A program made the translations under genes and the position numbers. The notes under the pieces were generated by a model. It searched no databases. It had not been told where the DNA came from and worked only from the letters and a program-made list of their open reading frames with translations. Of a stretch of DNA of 64,000 nucleotides, positions 52,551 through 61,540 are shown piece by piece. Each line of letters opens with the position of its first letter. Within the stretch, counting starts at the first letter, position 1. This DNA comes from Vicinamibacterales bacterium (GTDB taxonomy: Bacteria; Acidobacteriota; Vicinamibacteria; Vicinamibacterales; JAMQPK01), in NCBI GenBank assembly GCA_963782595.1, contig CAWAKJ010000005.1:149595-213594 (forward strand), read 5' to 3'.

Positions 52551-54528
52551 ATTTCTGCAGCTCTTCCCACTGGTGCATCAGGTCGCCGAGCTCCCACATG
52601 AGCGCCTGATGGCGCTCGCCAAGGAGCCGGACCTGGTCGCGGTTGTCGTAAAAGCCGGGGGCCGACATCGCCGCCTCGATCTCCTTCATCGCCTGCTCGC
52701 GATCGGCAATCCGCACCTCGAGATCGGAAATCCTCGACTCCAGTTTCTTCGCCGCCTGATCGCGCTTGCGTTGCACGGCGGCTTGCTGTTTGCGCGCCTC
52801 ATGATCGGCAGCTGGAGTTTTTTTGACCGGACCCGCCTTCGCGCCAGGCGCTCCGGCGGGTGAACCCGACGAACCCGACGAACTCGACGAACTTGACGAA
52901 CCCAACGAACCCGTCGAACCAACCCTGTGTTCCTTACTCCACAAGAACTCCGTGTAGCTCCCAGGAAACACCACAGCCTCGCCATGTCCGATTTCAATGA
53001 TCCTGGTGGCCAGCTTCTCGACGAAGTACCGATCGTGCGAGACGAAGACCAGCGTGCCGCCGTAGTCTTCGAGCGCATCCAGCAGGATGTCTTTCGAATC
53101 GAGGTCGAGATGGTTCGTTGGCTCGTCGAGCAGCAATGTGTTGGAGGGCCGGAGCAGCATGCGTGCAACGGCGAGCCGCGTGCGTTCGCCGCCAGAGAGC
53201 ACGCCGGCTTTCTTGTAGATGTCGTCTCCCGAGAACAGGAAGCCGCCGAGAATATTGCGGATGGCCGGCACCATGTCCATCGGCGATCCGGACGAGAGCG
53301 TCTCGTAGACGGTCAGTTTCGGGTCGAGCTTGACCGCTTCATCCTGCGCGAAGTACTGCATCACGACCTGATGGCCTTCGCGCCGGGTGCCCGTGTCGGG
53401 CGCTTCCACGCCCGACAGCATGCGCATCATCGTGCTCTTGCCCGCGCCGTTCGGACCGACGAGCGCGATGCGATCGCCCCGTTCGATCAGCAGATTGAGC
53501 TTCGAGAAAATCACGTGGCTGCCGTACGCCTTGTGGGCGTGGTGGAGCTCGAGCACCGATCGGCCGCTTTTCGCACAGACAGGAAAGGTGAAATGAATGC
53601 GCTTCCGCTCGGGCGGCGCTTCGATCGGCACCACCTTTTCGAGCATCTTGATTCGGCTCTGCACCTGCGACGCTTTGGTGGCCTGGTAGCGGAACCGATC
53701 GATGAACATCTTCACGCGCGCGACCTCTTCGTCCTGCTCGCGCTTCGCCTTGCGCAGCTGTTCCATCCGCGCATCACGCTCGGCGATGTAATGCGTGTAG
53801 GTGCCCGGATAGTCGGTCAGCTGGCGAAGGGTCAGATCGGTGATGCGGGTCACCACGGCGTCCAGGAAGAAGCGGTCGTGCGAGACCAGAATCACCGCGT
53901 ACGGGTACTCGACGAGGTACGTCTCGAGCCAGTTCCGCGCTTCGAGGTCCAGATGGTTCGTCGGTTCGTCGAGCAGCAGCAGCGTCGGGCGGCCGAGCAG
54001 CAGCTTGGCGAGGGCAAGCCGCATCTGCCATCCGCCAGACAGCGAATCGGTGGGCTGCCCGAACGTCTCGTCAGTGAAGCCGAGCCCGCGAAGCACCGTG
54101 GCCACCTTGAGATCGATGCCGTAACCCTCTTCGATGCGGAAGCGATCCTGCAGCGCGCTGTAGCGCTCGAGCATCGCATCGTGCTCTTCCTGCGGCAGCG
54201 ATGCATCGCCGAGACGATTTTCGATGACGTGCATCTCGTGCTTCACGTTGAGCAGATCGGCGAAAGCCGAGCACGCTTCGTCCAGAATCGAGCGGCCCGT
54301 GTGCGACAGTCCGTCCTGCGGCAAATACCCGACGGTCAACGAACCCGGCTTGATGATGCTGCCCGTATCAGGTTCGTCGAACCCCGCGAGCATTTTCAGC
54401 AGCGTGGTCTTGCCGGCGCCATTCGGTCCGCACAAGCCGACGCGCTCGCCCGCGCTGATCTGCCAGGTGACGTCTTCGAGTAGTACGCGCTCGCCGAATG
54501 ACTTGGTGATGCTTGAGAGCTGTAACAC
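52549..54528 (-). CDS. ABC-F family ATPase
   Basis: Two Walker A motifs (GPNGAGKTT, GPNGAGKST), two signatures (LSGGWQMR, LSGGERTR), no TM segments, C-terminal coiled coil. GTG start. Confidence 0.9.
   Translation of the reverse strand: MLQLSSITKSFGERVLLEDVTWQISAGERVGLCGPNGAGKTTLLKMLAGFDEPDTGSIIKPGSLTVGYLPQDGLSHTGRSILDEACSAFADLLNVKHEMHVIENRLGDASLPQEEHDAMLERYSALQDRFRIEEGYGIDLKVATVLRGLGFTDETFGQPTDSLSGGWQMRLALAKLLLGRPTLLLLDEPTNHLDLEARNWLETYLVEYPYAVILVSHDRFFLDAVVTRITDLTLRQLTDYPGTYTHYIAERDARMEQLRKAKREQDEEVARVKMFIDRFRYQATKASQVQSRIKMLEKVVPIEAPPERKRIHFTFPVCAKSGRSVLELHHAHKAYGSHVIFSKLNLLIERGDRIALVGPNGAGKSTMMRMLSGVEAPDTGTRREGHQVVMQYFAQDEAVKLDPKLTVYETLSSGSPMDMVPAIRNILGGFLFSGDDIYKKAGVLSGGERTRLAVARMLLRPSNTLLLDEPTNHLDLDSKDILLDALEDYGGTLVFVSHDRYFVEKLATRIIEIGHGEAVVFPGSYTEFLWSKEHRVGSTGSLGSSSSSSSSGSSGSPAGAPGAKAGPVKKTPAADHEARKQQAAVQRKRDQAAKKLESRISDLEVRIADREQAMKEIEAAMSAPGFYDNRDQVRLLGERHQALMWELGDLMHQWEELQK
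52862..52920 (-). repeat. Tandem 9-nt repeat (GGGTTCGTC x about 6.5) inside ABC-F
   Basis: Encodes GSTGSLGSSSSSSSSGSSGS in the linker before the C-terminal coiled coil. Confidence 0.85.
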
Positions 54529-54533
54529 TGAAA

Positions 54534-54553
54534 CTAGGGGGATTGGGGATTAG
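54534..54553 (+). repeat. Short G-rich heptamer array CTAGGGGGATTGGGGATTAG
   Basis: Lies between the ABC-F start and the response-regulator stop, and contains that stop. Confidence 0.7.
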
Positions 54554-55152
54554 CCAGGTTCACCGATGGCTTTCGCCGCCGCCGCCAGCACTTGCGGCAC
54601 TCTGAACGGCTTGGTCAGATAGCCGGAGACACCGAGATTCACCGCCTCAATGGCGGCTACTTCGGTGGAATAGCCCGTGATGATGATCACGGGGAGGTCG
54701 GTTTTCAGCCTCTTGGCCTCTCGAATCACGCTCAACCCGTCGATTCCCGGCATCCTCAGGTCGGCAATCAGCAGATCGTACGGATACAGGCGTAAACGCT
54801 CGAGCGCCGATCGACCGTCGGCAGCGGTATCCACATCGTACTCGGCCAGCGCGAGCGTCTTCGACAGCAAATCACGGATGCTCGATTCGTCATCGACGAC
54901 GAGAATGCGCGGCCGTTCGGTGGCCTGGCGGGGCGCCGGCGCCGGGGTCGCGGCTGAAGCGGCGCCGTCGCGCGCCCCGCCGCGCGGCCGCTGGCTGTCG
55001 AGCCATGCGTCGATGTCGCGCTTGCGGAAACGCCACTGGCGTCCCACGCGCACGGCTGGAATCTTGCCGGCTTTGATCAGCCGGTACACCGTGCGCAGAT
55101 TGACCTGGAGGTACTCGAGCACCTCTTCAGTCGTGAGAAACGTCTCTTCCAT
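54550..55152 (-). CDS. Response regulator with N-terminal excisionase/MerR-type HTH and C-terminal receiver
   Basis: LTTEEVLEYLQVNLRTVYRLIKAGKIPAVRVGRQWRFRKRDIDAWL, then the REC domain (ILVVDDE...DLLIADLRMPGIDG...K). Confidence 0.8.
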   Translation of the reverse strand: MEETFLTTEEVLEYLQVNLRTVYRLIKAGKIPAVRVGRQWRFRKRDIDAWLDSQRPRGGARDGAASAATPAPAPRQATERPRILVVDDESSIRDLLSKTLALAEYDVDTAADGRSALERLRLYPYDLLIADLRMPGIDGLSVIREAKRLKTDLPVIIITGYSTEVAAIEAVNLGVSGYLTKPFRVPQVLAAAAKAIGEPG

Positions 55153-55163
55153 TTATTAGTCGC

Positions 55164-55320
55164 GCCCCTCGACGGGCTCGGGGCGCCCTGAGCTTGCCGA
55201 AGGGCGGGGGCCCCTCGCCCCGCTCCGCCGCTCCGCTTGCGGGGGCCCTTGCGCCCCGCCCCGCTTCGCGGCAAGGCCAACACCTTGGCCCCTCACCCCG
55301 CTCCGCCCGCCGTCGCTCCG
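55164..55320. repeat. GC-rich structured spacer with an internal 20-nt direct repeat
   Basis: GCCCCTCGCCCCGCTCCGCC (55210-55229) and GCCCCTCACCCCGCTCCGCC (55288-55307) match at 19 of 20 nt. Several short hairpins, e.g. GCGCCCC...GGGGCGC at 55162-55186. Confidence 0.6.
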
Positions 55321-55359
55321 CTTTGGCGCCGCAAATGACACGCTGCTCGCGGCACCATG

Positions 55360-57384
55360 CTACTCGTTTTCAACAGGCAGGTGTACCGTGAACACGGCGC
55401 CACCGTCAGGGTGATTCGATGCGACGATTTGTCCACCGTGCTCCTGAATGATGCCATAGGTTATCGCCAGGCCGAGGCCGGTGCCCTTCCCGACTTCTTT
55501 TGTTGTGTAAAACGGTTCGAACAGGCGCGGCATCGCCGCCGCCGAAATGCCCGGGCCCGTATCGCGGATTTCCACGGCGATCTGCCGTGCGCCGCTCTGA
55601 TCGCGAACCGACGTCCGCGATTCGATACGTCCGCCGCCGTCGGCTATGGCCTGTTCGGCGTTGAGCACGATGTTCAACAGGGCCTGTTGAATCAGCAACG
55701 GGTCGGCTTTCACCCGCGGCAGCCCCTCTTCATGCCGCCGGATGACGTCGATGCCGGCCGCGCGGAACGCGGGCGCCCGGAGCGCGAGCACGCGCGACAA
55801 CGTCGCGTTGATGCTCGTGCGGCGTCGCACGAGCCGCCGCGACCCGGCAAAGACGAGCAGATTGCGGACGATCTTCGCGGCACGATCGGCCTCGCGGTAG
55901 ATTCGCTGCATGTCGCGCCGCAGCCCCTTCGGAAAGGCGCCGGTTGCGCGCAACAGCTCCAGATGGCCGAGGACGCCCTGAAGCGGGTTGTTCAGCTCGT
56001 GTGCGATGCCGGCGACGAACTGACCGAGTGCGGCAAGTTTTTCTGACTGTCCGAGCCGGTTGCGCAGTTCGGCATGCTCCGCCTCGAGCTGCGCCTGCGC
56101 CGTTGTGTCGCGCGCCACGAGCACGACGCCCATCGGCTCGCGGCCATCGCCCACGAGCGGTGTCAGCGTGACGTGAAACGTGCCTCGAAGGATCGTGTCG
56201 TCGACTTCGGCCGAGACGATGCCCGGGGTCTGACCCCCGTGAAGCGCGAGGGGGTCAGACCCCAATTGGCCGAGCCCCATTGTGCGAGCGATCAACTGTT
56301 TGGTGGCCTGCCCCACGATTTCCGCCATTGGGCGATCGATCAATTCGTCGCGCGGCCGTCCAATACGCTCGAGGAACGCGAGGTTCATGTAGACGAGCCG
56401 GCCCTCTTCGTCGGAAACCGCCACGAGATCGGCGAGCGAGTTGAACGTATTCTCGAGCTCGCGGCGCGAGCGCAGGACCGCATCGAACAACAGGACGTTT
56501 TCGATCGCGCTCGACAGCTGCCGCCCCAACTCGTCCGCACGGTCCACGAGCTCCATCTGCGCGCCAGGCTCGATGCGCACGCCCTCCATCACCAGCGTGC
56601 CGAGTGCGCGGCGCTTGCCCTTCAGAGGAATCGCCGCTATGCCGTTTGCCGCGATGTCGGCGCGCTCGCGGCGCAGCCCGAGCGCAGCCGGCTCGAGCTG
56701 GTCCGATGCCGGAATGCGCCGTTCCTGAGCGAGGAACACGACATCAGACGAGGCCGCAAGGACGAGGGCGCGGGCGTGTCGATCGTGGAGCCACACCGAT
56801 GTGCGGTCTGCGCCGAAGAGGCGATTTGCGCCGCCGCACAAGGCCTCGAGCCCGGCCGAAAGTGTCGTGCTCGACATGTCACGCGCAAACGTCTGCAGCA
56901 GCTCCCGCAGCTGCCGTTGGAGGTCGATTTCGCCTGCCGCGCGCGCCCGCTCGAGTGCCATGACGAAGGCGTGTCCGACCGAGGCCGCGTCAGTCAGCCG
57001 GTGGGGAGAGGGAAGCGTGTCGCAGCCAATCACCAGCAGGCCAATCGACTGCTGCCCTTGTGCGAGAGGCACCAGCACGGCCGGTGTGTGGCCGAGCACC
57101 TCGGACAGGGCCGGGACGACACGCGAGATGTCGTTGACCACCTGCGGCGTTCCGTTTCGGAACAGCCCTTCGGGAACCATTCGCCCCGGCCACCCTTCGT
57201 GCGGCAGGTGATCGAGACCAAACGCCGAGGTGGCGTGCAGGAAGTCGCCCTGGCGGTTGAATTGAAAGAGGATTGAGCTCCGGCCGCTTACGGCGGATAC
57301 GGCGTGATTGTGGAGCGCCGGAAGCAGGTCGCTCAGCCGTTCGGTGGCCGTCAGCGCCTGGAACAGGCCGGCCTCACGTGACAC
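55360..57384 (-). CDS. GAF/PAS sensor histidine kinase
   Basis: Long N-terminal GAF-like and PAS-like regions. H-box AHELNNPLQGV. G-boxes DTGPGI and GTGLGLAITYG. Confidence 0.85.
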   Translation of the reverse strand: MSREAGLFQALTATERLSDLLPALHNHAVSAVSGRSSILFQFNRQGDFLHATSAFGLDHLPHEGWPGRMVPEGLFRNGTPQVVNDISRVVPALSEVLGHTPAVLVPLAQGQQSIGLLVIGCDTLPSPHRLTDAASVGHAFVMALERARAAGEIDLQRQLRELLQTFARDMSSTTLSAGLEALCGGANRLFGADRTSVWLHDRHARALVLAASSDVVFLAQERRIPASDQLEPAALGLRRERADIAANGIAAIPLKGKRRALGTLVMEGVRIEPGAQMELVDRADELGRQLSSAIENVLLFDAVLRSRRELENTFNSLADLVAVSDEEGRLVYMNLAFLERIGRPRDELIDRPMAEIVGQATKQLIARTMGLGQLGSDPLALHGGQTPGIVSAEVDDTILRGTFHVTLTPLVGDGREPMGVVLVARDTTAQAQLEAEHAELRNRLGQSEKLAALGQFVAGIAHELNNPLQGVLGHLELLRATGAFPKGLRRDMQRIYREADRAAKIVRNLLVFAGSRRLVRRRTSINATLSRVLALRAPAFRAAGIDVIRRHEEGLPRVKADPLLIQQALLNIVLNAEQAIADGGGRIESRTSVRDQSGARQIAVEIRDTGPGISAAAMPRLFEPFYTTKEVGKGTGLGLAITYGIIQEHGGQIVASNHPDGGAVFTVHLPVENE

Positions 57385-57502
57385 GACAGATAGTCTAATT
57401 GGTTGGCGGTATGATCAGAAAAGCCGCCTGGAGCGTAGAAAAGCGGCCGAAACGGGTCCCTGACCGTCTAAGGAGAATGACGATCTGGGTGGCCACAAGA
57501 GC

Positions 57503-58111
57503 ATGAACACGCTGGCAGCAGCACTCCCCATGACGCCGTGGACCGACGAGGAGCTGGTCGCGCGATCGAAGACCGGCGACATCGATAGTTTCAATCAGCT
57601 GGTAAAGCGGTGGGAGCGCCCGATTTTCGCCCTGGCGTATCGCACGCTCGGCCGCGAGGAAGACGCGCGCGACATCACCCAGGAAACATTCCTGCGCGCC
57701 TTCCGGGCGCTGGCGGGCTTCAAGGGGGACGCAAAATTTTCGTCATGGCTTTACCGGATTGCACTGAACCTCTGTCGGGACTGGATGCGCCGGGAGCGCC
57801 GGGCGCCGATCGTCGCCGTGCCGGAAGGGGTCGAAGTCGAGCAGCTCGCGGCCGACCGGGGACCGATGGAAACGGTCGAAGATCTGGCGGCGCGGGCCGA
57901 GTTGAGCCGCGAGGTGGCCCGGGCCATGGAGCATTTGCCTGCCGAACAGCGTCAGGCGATTATCCTGAAGGAGTACCACGGGCTGACGTTTCAGGAAATC
58001 GCGAATTTGATGAAGTGTCCGCTCAGCACGGTGAAGACGCGCGTCTACCAGGGCCTGGCGACGTTGAGAAAACAGCTCGGGGCGCAGATGACGCCCCGGC
58101 GCGAGAGTTGA
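57503..58111 (+). CDS. ECF-type RNA polymerase sigma factor
   Basis: Region 2 (DITQETFLRAFRAL) and region 4 (LTFQEIANLMKCPLSTVKTRVYQG). Confidence 0.9.
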   Translation: MNTLAAALPMTPWTDEELVARSKTGDIDSFNQLVKRWERPIFALAYRTLGREEDARDITQETFLRAFRALAGFKGDAKFSSWLYRIALNLCRDWMRRERRAPIVAVPEGVEVEQLAADRGPMETVEDLAARAELSREVARAMEHLPAEQRQAIILKEYHGLTFQEIANLMKCPLSTVKTRVYQGLATLRKQLGAQMTPRRES

Positions 58112-58118
58112 AGAGACG

Positions 58119-58844
58119 GTGAGCATGTCGCACATAGCTGACAACCACGATGCCTTGCTGGATTACCTCTACGAGGAAGGCAGTCCGGCCGATCGGCTGA
58201 AGATCGCCAAACACTTGCAGGAGTGCGCCGCATGCTCGGTCGCGGTGCTCGAGTTTCAAAATGTCCGCGGCATGTTGCGCGACTGGACGCCGCCGGCCTC
58301 GGAGCTCGGGTTCCGCCTCGTGCAGGATGGACAGGCCGCACCTGTGGCGCCGCCCGCCGTCTGGACGTCACGGTTCGCGGGCTGGTCTCAAGCGGCCGCA
58401 GCAGTGGTATTGTTCGCAGCCGGCATGGCCGTATCCCAGCTGAGTGTGGATTACAGTGATGGCGCGGTGAGAGTGCAGATGAGGCCGGGCGCATCGGACG
58501 CAAGCCTGCAGCCGGTGAGCGCGCGCGCGAGAACCTCGTCGATTCTGCTGCCCGCGGAAACCGCCGGTCCCATTGGCGCCGATGCGATGTACCGCGAACT
58601 TCGCGACAGAGTCGCATCGTCGACTGCTTCGTCAACCGACACCGAACAGCTCCTGCAGCGTGTGCGCGCGATGATCGATCAGAGCGAGCAGCGGCAGCAG
58701 CGCGAGCTGGCGCTGCGCCTGTCGCAGGTGGCGTCCGAAGTCGACACGCAGCACCAGGCCGATCTGTTGAGCATCCAGCAGAACATGGGACAGCAGCAGG
58801 ACGATTTCATGAACTACCTTGTAAGAACTGGGAGTACGAAGTGA
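58119..58844 (+). CDS. Anti-sigma factor (zf-HC2, single TM)
   Basis: The motif H-x3-C-x2-C (HLQECAACS), TM segment AAAVVLFAAGMAV, C-terminal coiled coil. Lies 7 nt after the sigma gene. Confidence 0.7.
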   Translation: MSMSHIADNHDALLDYLYEEGSPADRLKIAKHLQECAACSVAVLEFQNVRGMLRDWTPPASELGFRLVQDGQAAPVAPPAVWTSRFAGWSQAAAAVVLFAAGMAVSQLSVDYSDGAVRVQMRPGASDASLQPVSARARTSSILLPAETAGPIGADAMYRELRDRVASSTASSTDTEQLLQRVRAMIDQSEQRQQRELALRLSQVASEVDTQHQADLLSIQQNMGQQQDDFMNYLVRTGSTK

Positions 58845-59497
58845 ACGTAGTTGTCAGGGCGCTCGCCGCGGGTGCCATGTTGACGGTGGCCGGTTCGGTC
58901 GCCGCTCAGAATACTCAGCGGCCTGCGCAGACGACGGCCGCGCAGATGCAGGCCCGCCAGCAGATTGCCGCCTTCGAAGCGGCGCTCGAGAACGCCGTCC
59001 GGTATGGGGCTCAGATGCTCGATCAGCGCCTGCAGGCGTCGAGCGCGGCGAACATGGTGATGCTCGCCGGGATGCCGCGTGCCCGCGGTTTCCGTCTCGA
59101 CGATTACGGCGTCATGTTCGACGTGGAGTTCCCGTCGATGCGCAAGAGCATGGTGTGGAGCCTGCAGGAACTGGAGCGTGCGAATCTCGGGGCCGCCGTG
59201 CGCACGGCCGAATCGACCAACGCCGTCCAGCCGCGCGAAATCTATCAGAACGAAATCACCAGCGCGCTCCTCAGCGTCGTCCTCAACTACACCGGGGCGA
59301 TCGGGATTGCGCCAGCCGAATGGCTGACGGTCGCGGCGCGCGAGAGCGTCGTCGACAGACGATTCGTCAACGGGGGCGTGAGCGAGGCGCCGATGACGGT
59401 GATCATCCGGATGAAGGGCGGCGACCTTCAGGCTCTGCGCGAAGGCAAATTGTCGCGCGAAGAGGCGCGGCAGCGCGTGGACGTGAAACACTACTGA
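58841..59497 (+). CDS. Secreted hypothetical protein
   Basis: GTG overlaps the anti-sigma stop (GTGA). Signal peptide MNVVVRALAAGAMLTVAGSVAAQ. Confidence 0.55.
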   Translation: MNVVVRALAAGAMLTVAGSVAAQNTQRPAQTTAAQMQARQQIAAFEAALENAVRYGAQMLDQRLQASSAANMVMLAGMPRARGFRLDDYGVMFDVEFPSMRKSMVWSLQELERANLGAAVRTAESTNAVQPREIYQNEITSALLSVVLNYTGAIGIAPAEWLTVAARESVVDRRFVNGGVSEAPMTVIIRMKGGDLQALREGKLSREEARQRVDVKHY

Positions 59498-59575
59498 CTT
59501 CAGACTTCGGGCTTCTGGCTCCGGCTTGCCCGCCGTAGCGCTTCGCGAAGGCGGGAGCCTGAAGCCCGGAGCCGG
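59496..59575. repeat. GACTTCN/GGCTTCN heptamer array with inverted partner around a GC core
   Basis: GACTTCA GACTTCG GGCTTCT GGCTCCG GCTTGCC, then the core CGCCGTAGCGCTTCGCGAAGGCG, then the inverted GCCTGAAGCCCGGAGCC. Confidence 0.7.
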
Positions 59576-59588
59576 TGTCAAATACCAT

Positions 59589-60086
59589 ATGCACATCCGT
59601 CGAACATCGAAGGCTCTGCTGATTGGCCTGTTCTGCGTCGCTGGTATGTCCTGCTCGGGAAGCGCGCGCGAGCCCATCAACAAGCTCATCGCGCCAGTCG
59701 AGGTGAAGACCGGGTGGTTTGACGCCGGTGTCGAGGACGGCAAGAACAAGCTGGTGCCCGCAGTCATGCTCACCCTCAAGAACATGAGCGGCGATCATGT
59801 GGCCAACGTGCAGTTGAACGCCGTCATCCGGCGCGTGGGCGAGTCCGACGAGTGGGGCGGCGCGTACCAGAAGGTCATCGGCACCGAGGGCATCGCCCCG
59901 GGCGCCAGCACCAAACCCATCGTCCTCCGGTCGAACCTCGGATACACTGGCATCGAACCGCGCGTGCAGATGCTGAAGAACAGTCAGTTCGTCGACGCTC
60001 AGGTCCAGTTGTTCGCCAAACATGGCGGCAACCAGTGGACGAAGCTGGGCGAGTGGCAGATCGCGCGAGAGTTGCTCACTCAATAG
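59589..60086 (+). CDS. Hypothetical lipoprotein
   Basis: MHIRRTSKALLIGLFCVAGMSC lipobox. ATG at 59589. Confidence 0.55.
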   Translation: MHIRRTSKALLIGLFCVAGMSCSGSAREPINKLIAPVEVKTGWFDAGVEDGKNKLVPAVMLTLKNMSGDHVANVQLNAVIRRVGESDEWGGAYQKVIGTEGIAPGASTKPIVLRSNLGYTGIEPRVQMLKNSQFVDAQVQLFAKHGGNQWTKLGEWQIARELLTQ

Positions 60087-60092
60087 CGCTGC

Positions 60093-61460
60093 GTGCCTTC
60101 TCCGACCCCAATTTCTCTCGAACGGCGGCTGGGTCCCCTCGACGCAGCCGCCATCATCGTGGCCAATGTCATCGGCGGCGGCATCCTTTTTACGCCGCCG
60201 CAGGTTGCGGCATCCGTTCCGCGCCCCATCTGGTTTCTCAGCGCATGGCTCGCGGGCGGCGCGCTCGCGTTTGCCGGCGCCATGGCGTACGCCGAACTGG
60301 CCGCACTGCGGCCGCATGCGGGCGGTGAGTACGTCTATCTGCGCGACGCATACGGCAGGCTGGCCGCCTTTCTGACGGGCTGGACCTCGTTTGTCGCCGG
60401 CTTCACCGGGGCGATCGCGGCCAGCGCCATCGTGACCACCTTCTACCTCGAGCGGTTCATCCCAGGCTCGTCGAGCAGCACACCGTGGTTCGTCGTGCCG
60501 CTGCCTCTGGTACCGCTGACGTTTTCGACACAGACGCTCGTGGCGATTGCGCTGATCGCGCTGATGGGGTGGGTGCACATCCGCGGAGTCGGGCCTGGCC
60601 GCATCATGGGCAACGTGCTGGCGGCGCTGAAGGTGTCGGCGCTCCTGATGTTCATCGCGATCGGGTTTTCCGTCGGCGCCGGATCGACCGCGAACATCAC
60701 CAGCGGGAGCAGCGGACCGGTGGTGGGGAGCGCATGGCTGCTCGCCCTCATCCCGGTGATGTTCACCTACTCTGGCTGGAACGCGGCCGGCTATATCGCC
60801 GAGGAGATACACAATCCCGGTCGCAACGTGCCGCGCGCGTTCGCGCTCGGCACTGCCGCAGTCATTGTCATCTATCTGGCATTGAATACGCTGTATCTGT
60901 ACGTTCTGCCTGTCGGCGAGCTCGCGAAAGTGCAGGGCAGCGTGCTCGACGTGATTGCCGATCGTCTGCTCGGCGCGCGTGCGGGCGACATCATGGGCAT
61001 CGTCTCGATCATCAGCCTTGCGGCCAGCATCAGCGCGATGACCTTCGCCGGACCGCGCGTGTACTACGCGATGGCACGCGACGGTCTGTTCTTCCACGCG
61101 GCGGCGCAGGTGCATCCAACCTACAAGACCCCGGCGGTGGCTATCGCGGCGCAGTCGGTTTGGGCGAGCCTGCTCGTGCTCTCAGGGAGCGCCGATGCGC
61201 TGACCAACTACACCGGCTTTGCCATCGTCCTGTTTGCGGGCGTTGCGGTGACGGCAGTTTTCGTACTGCGCAGTCGCGAGCCGGTTGCGCCGCGGCCGTT
61301 CAAGGCCATTGGGTACCCCGTGGCGCCGGCGATCTTCGTTCTCGCGTGTGCGCTCATCGTGGTGAACGGCATCTACAGCCGGCCTGGTCCGACCGGCGCC
61401 GGCCTGCTCGTGATGGGAGCGGGTATTCCGTTATATATCTGGCTGAAGCGACGACGTTGA
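60093..61460 (+). CDS. APC-family amino acid permease
   Basis: 12-TM pattern. N-terminal AAAIIVANVIGGGILFTPP is typical of APC transporters. GTG start. Confidence 0.85.
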   Translation: MPSPTPISLERRLGPLDAAAIIVANVIGGGILFTPPQVAASVPRPIWFLSAWLAGGALAFAGAMAYAELAALRPHAGGEYVYLRDAYGRLAAFLTGWTSFVAGFTGAIAASAIVTTFYLERFIPGSSSSTPWFVVPLPLVPLTFSTQTLVAIALIALMGWVHIRGVGPGRIMGNVLAALKVSALLMFIAIGFSVGAGSTANITSGSSGPVVGSAWLLALIPVMFTYSGWNAAGYIAEEIHNPGRNVPRAFALGTAAVIVIYLALNTLYLYVLPVGELAKVQGSVLDVIADRLLGARAGDIMGIVSIISLAASISAMTFAGPRVYYAMARDGLFFHAAAQVHPTYKTPAVAIAAQSVWASLLVLSGSADALTNYTGFAIVLFAGVAVTAVFVLRSREPVAPRPFKAIGYPVAPAIFVLACALIVVNGIYSRPGPTGAGLLVMGAGIPLYIWLKRRR

Positions 61461-61540
61461 GGTACGCGCTACGCGACCATCGCCCAATCGATCTGCATGG
61501 CGGTTGACCCTCATTTCATGCGTAGATAGACTGCGACTTA

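Noticed and set aside
55156-55341. 61-aa minus-strand ORF and 65-68-aa ORFs within the GC-rich kinase-regulator spacer.
   Set aside because: They have Gly/Arg/Ala/Pro low-complexity translations of a repeat-containing spacer, no RBS and no motif.
57385-57502. ECF-type autoregulated promoter upstream of the sigma gene at 57503 (GAAAC ... CGTCT).
   Set aside because: The spacing between the candidate -35 (GAAAC) and -10 (CGTCT) is only 11 nt, against the usual 16-17 nt. No better pair was found.
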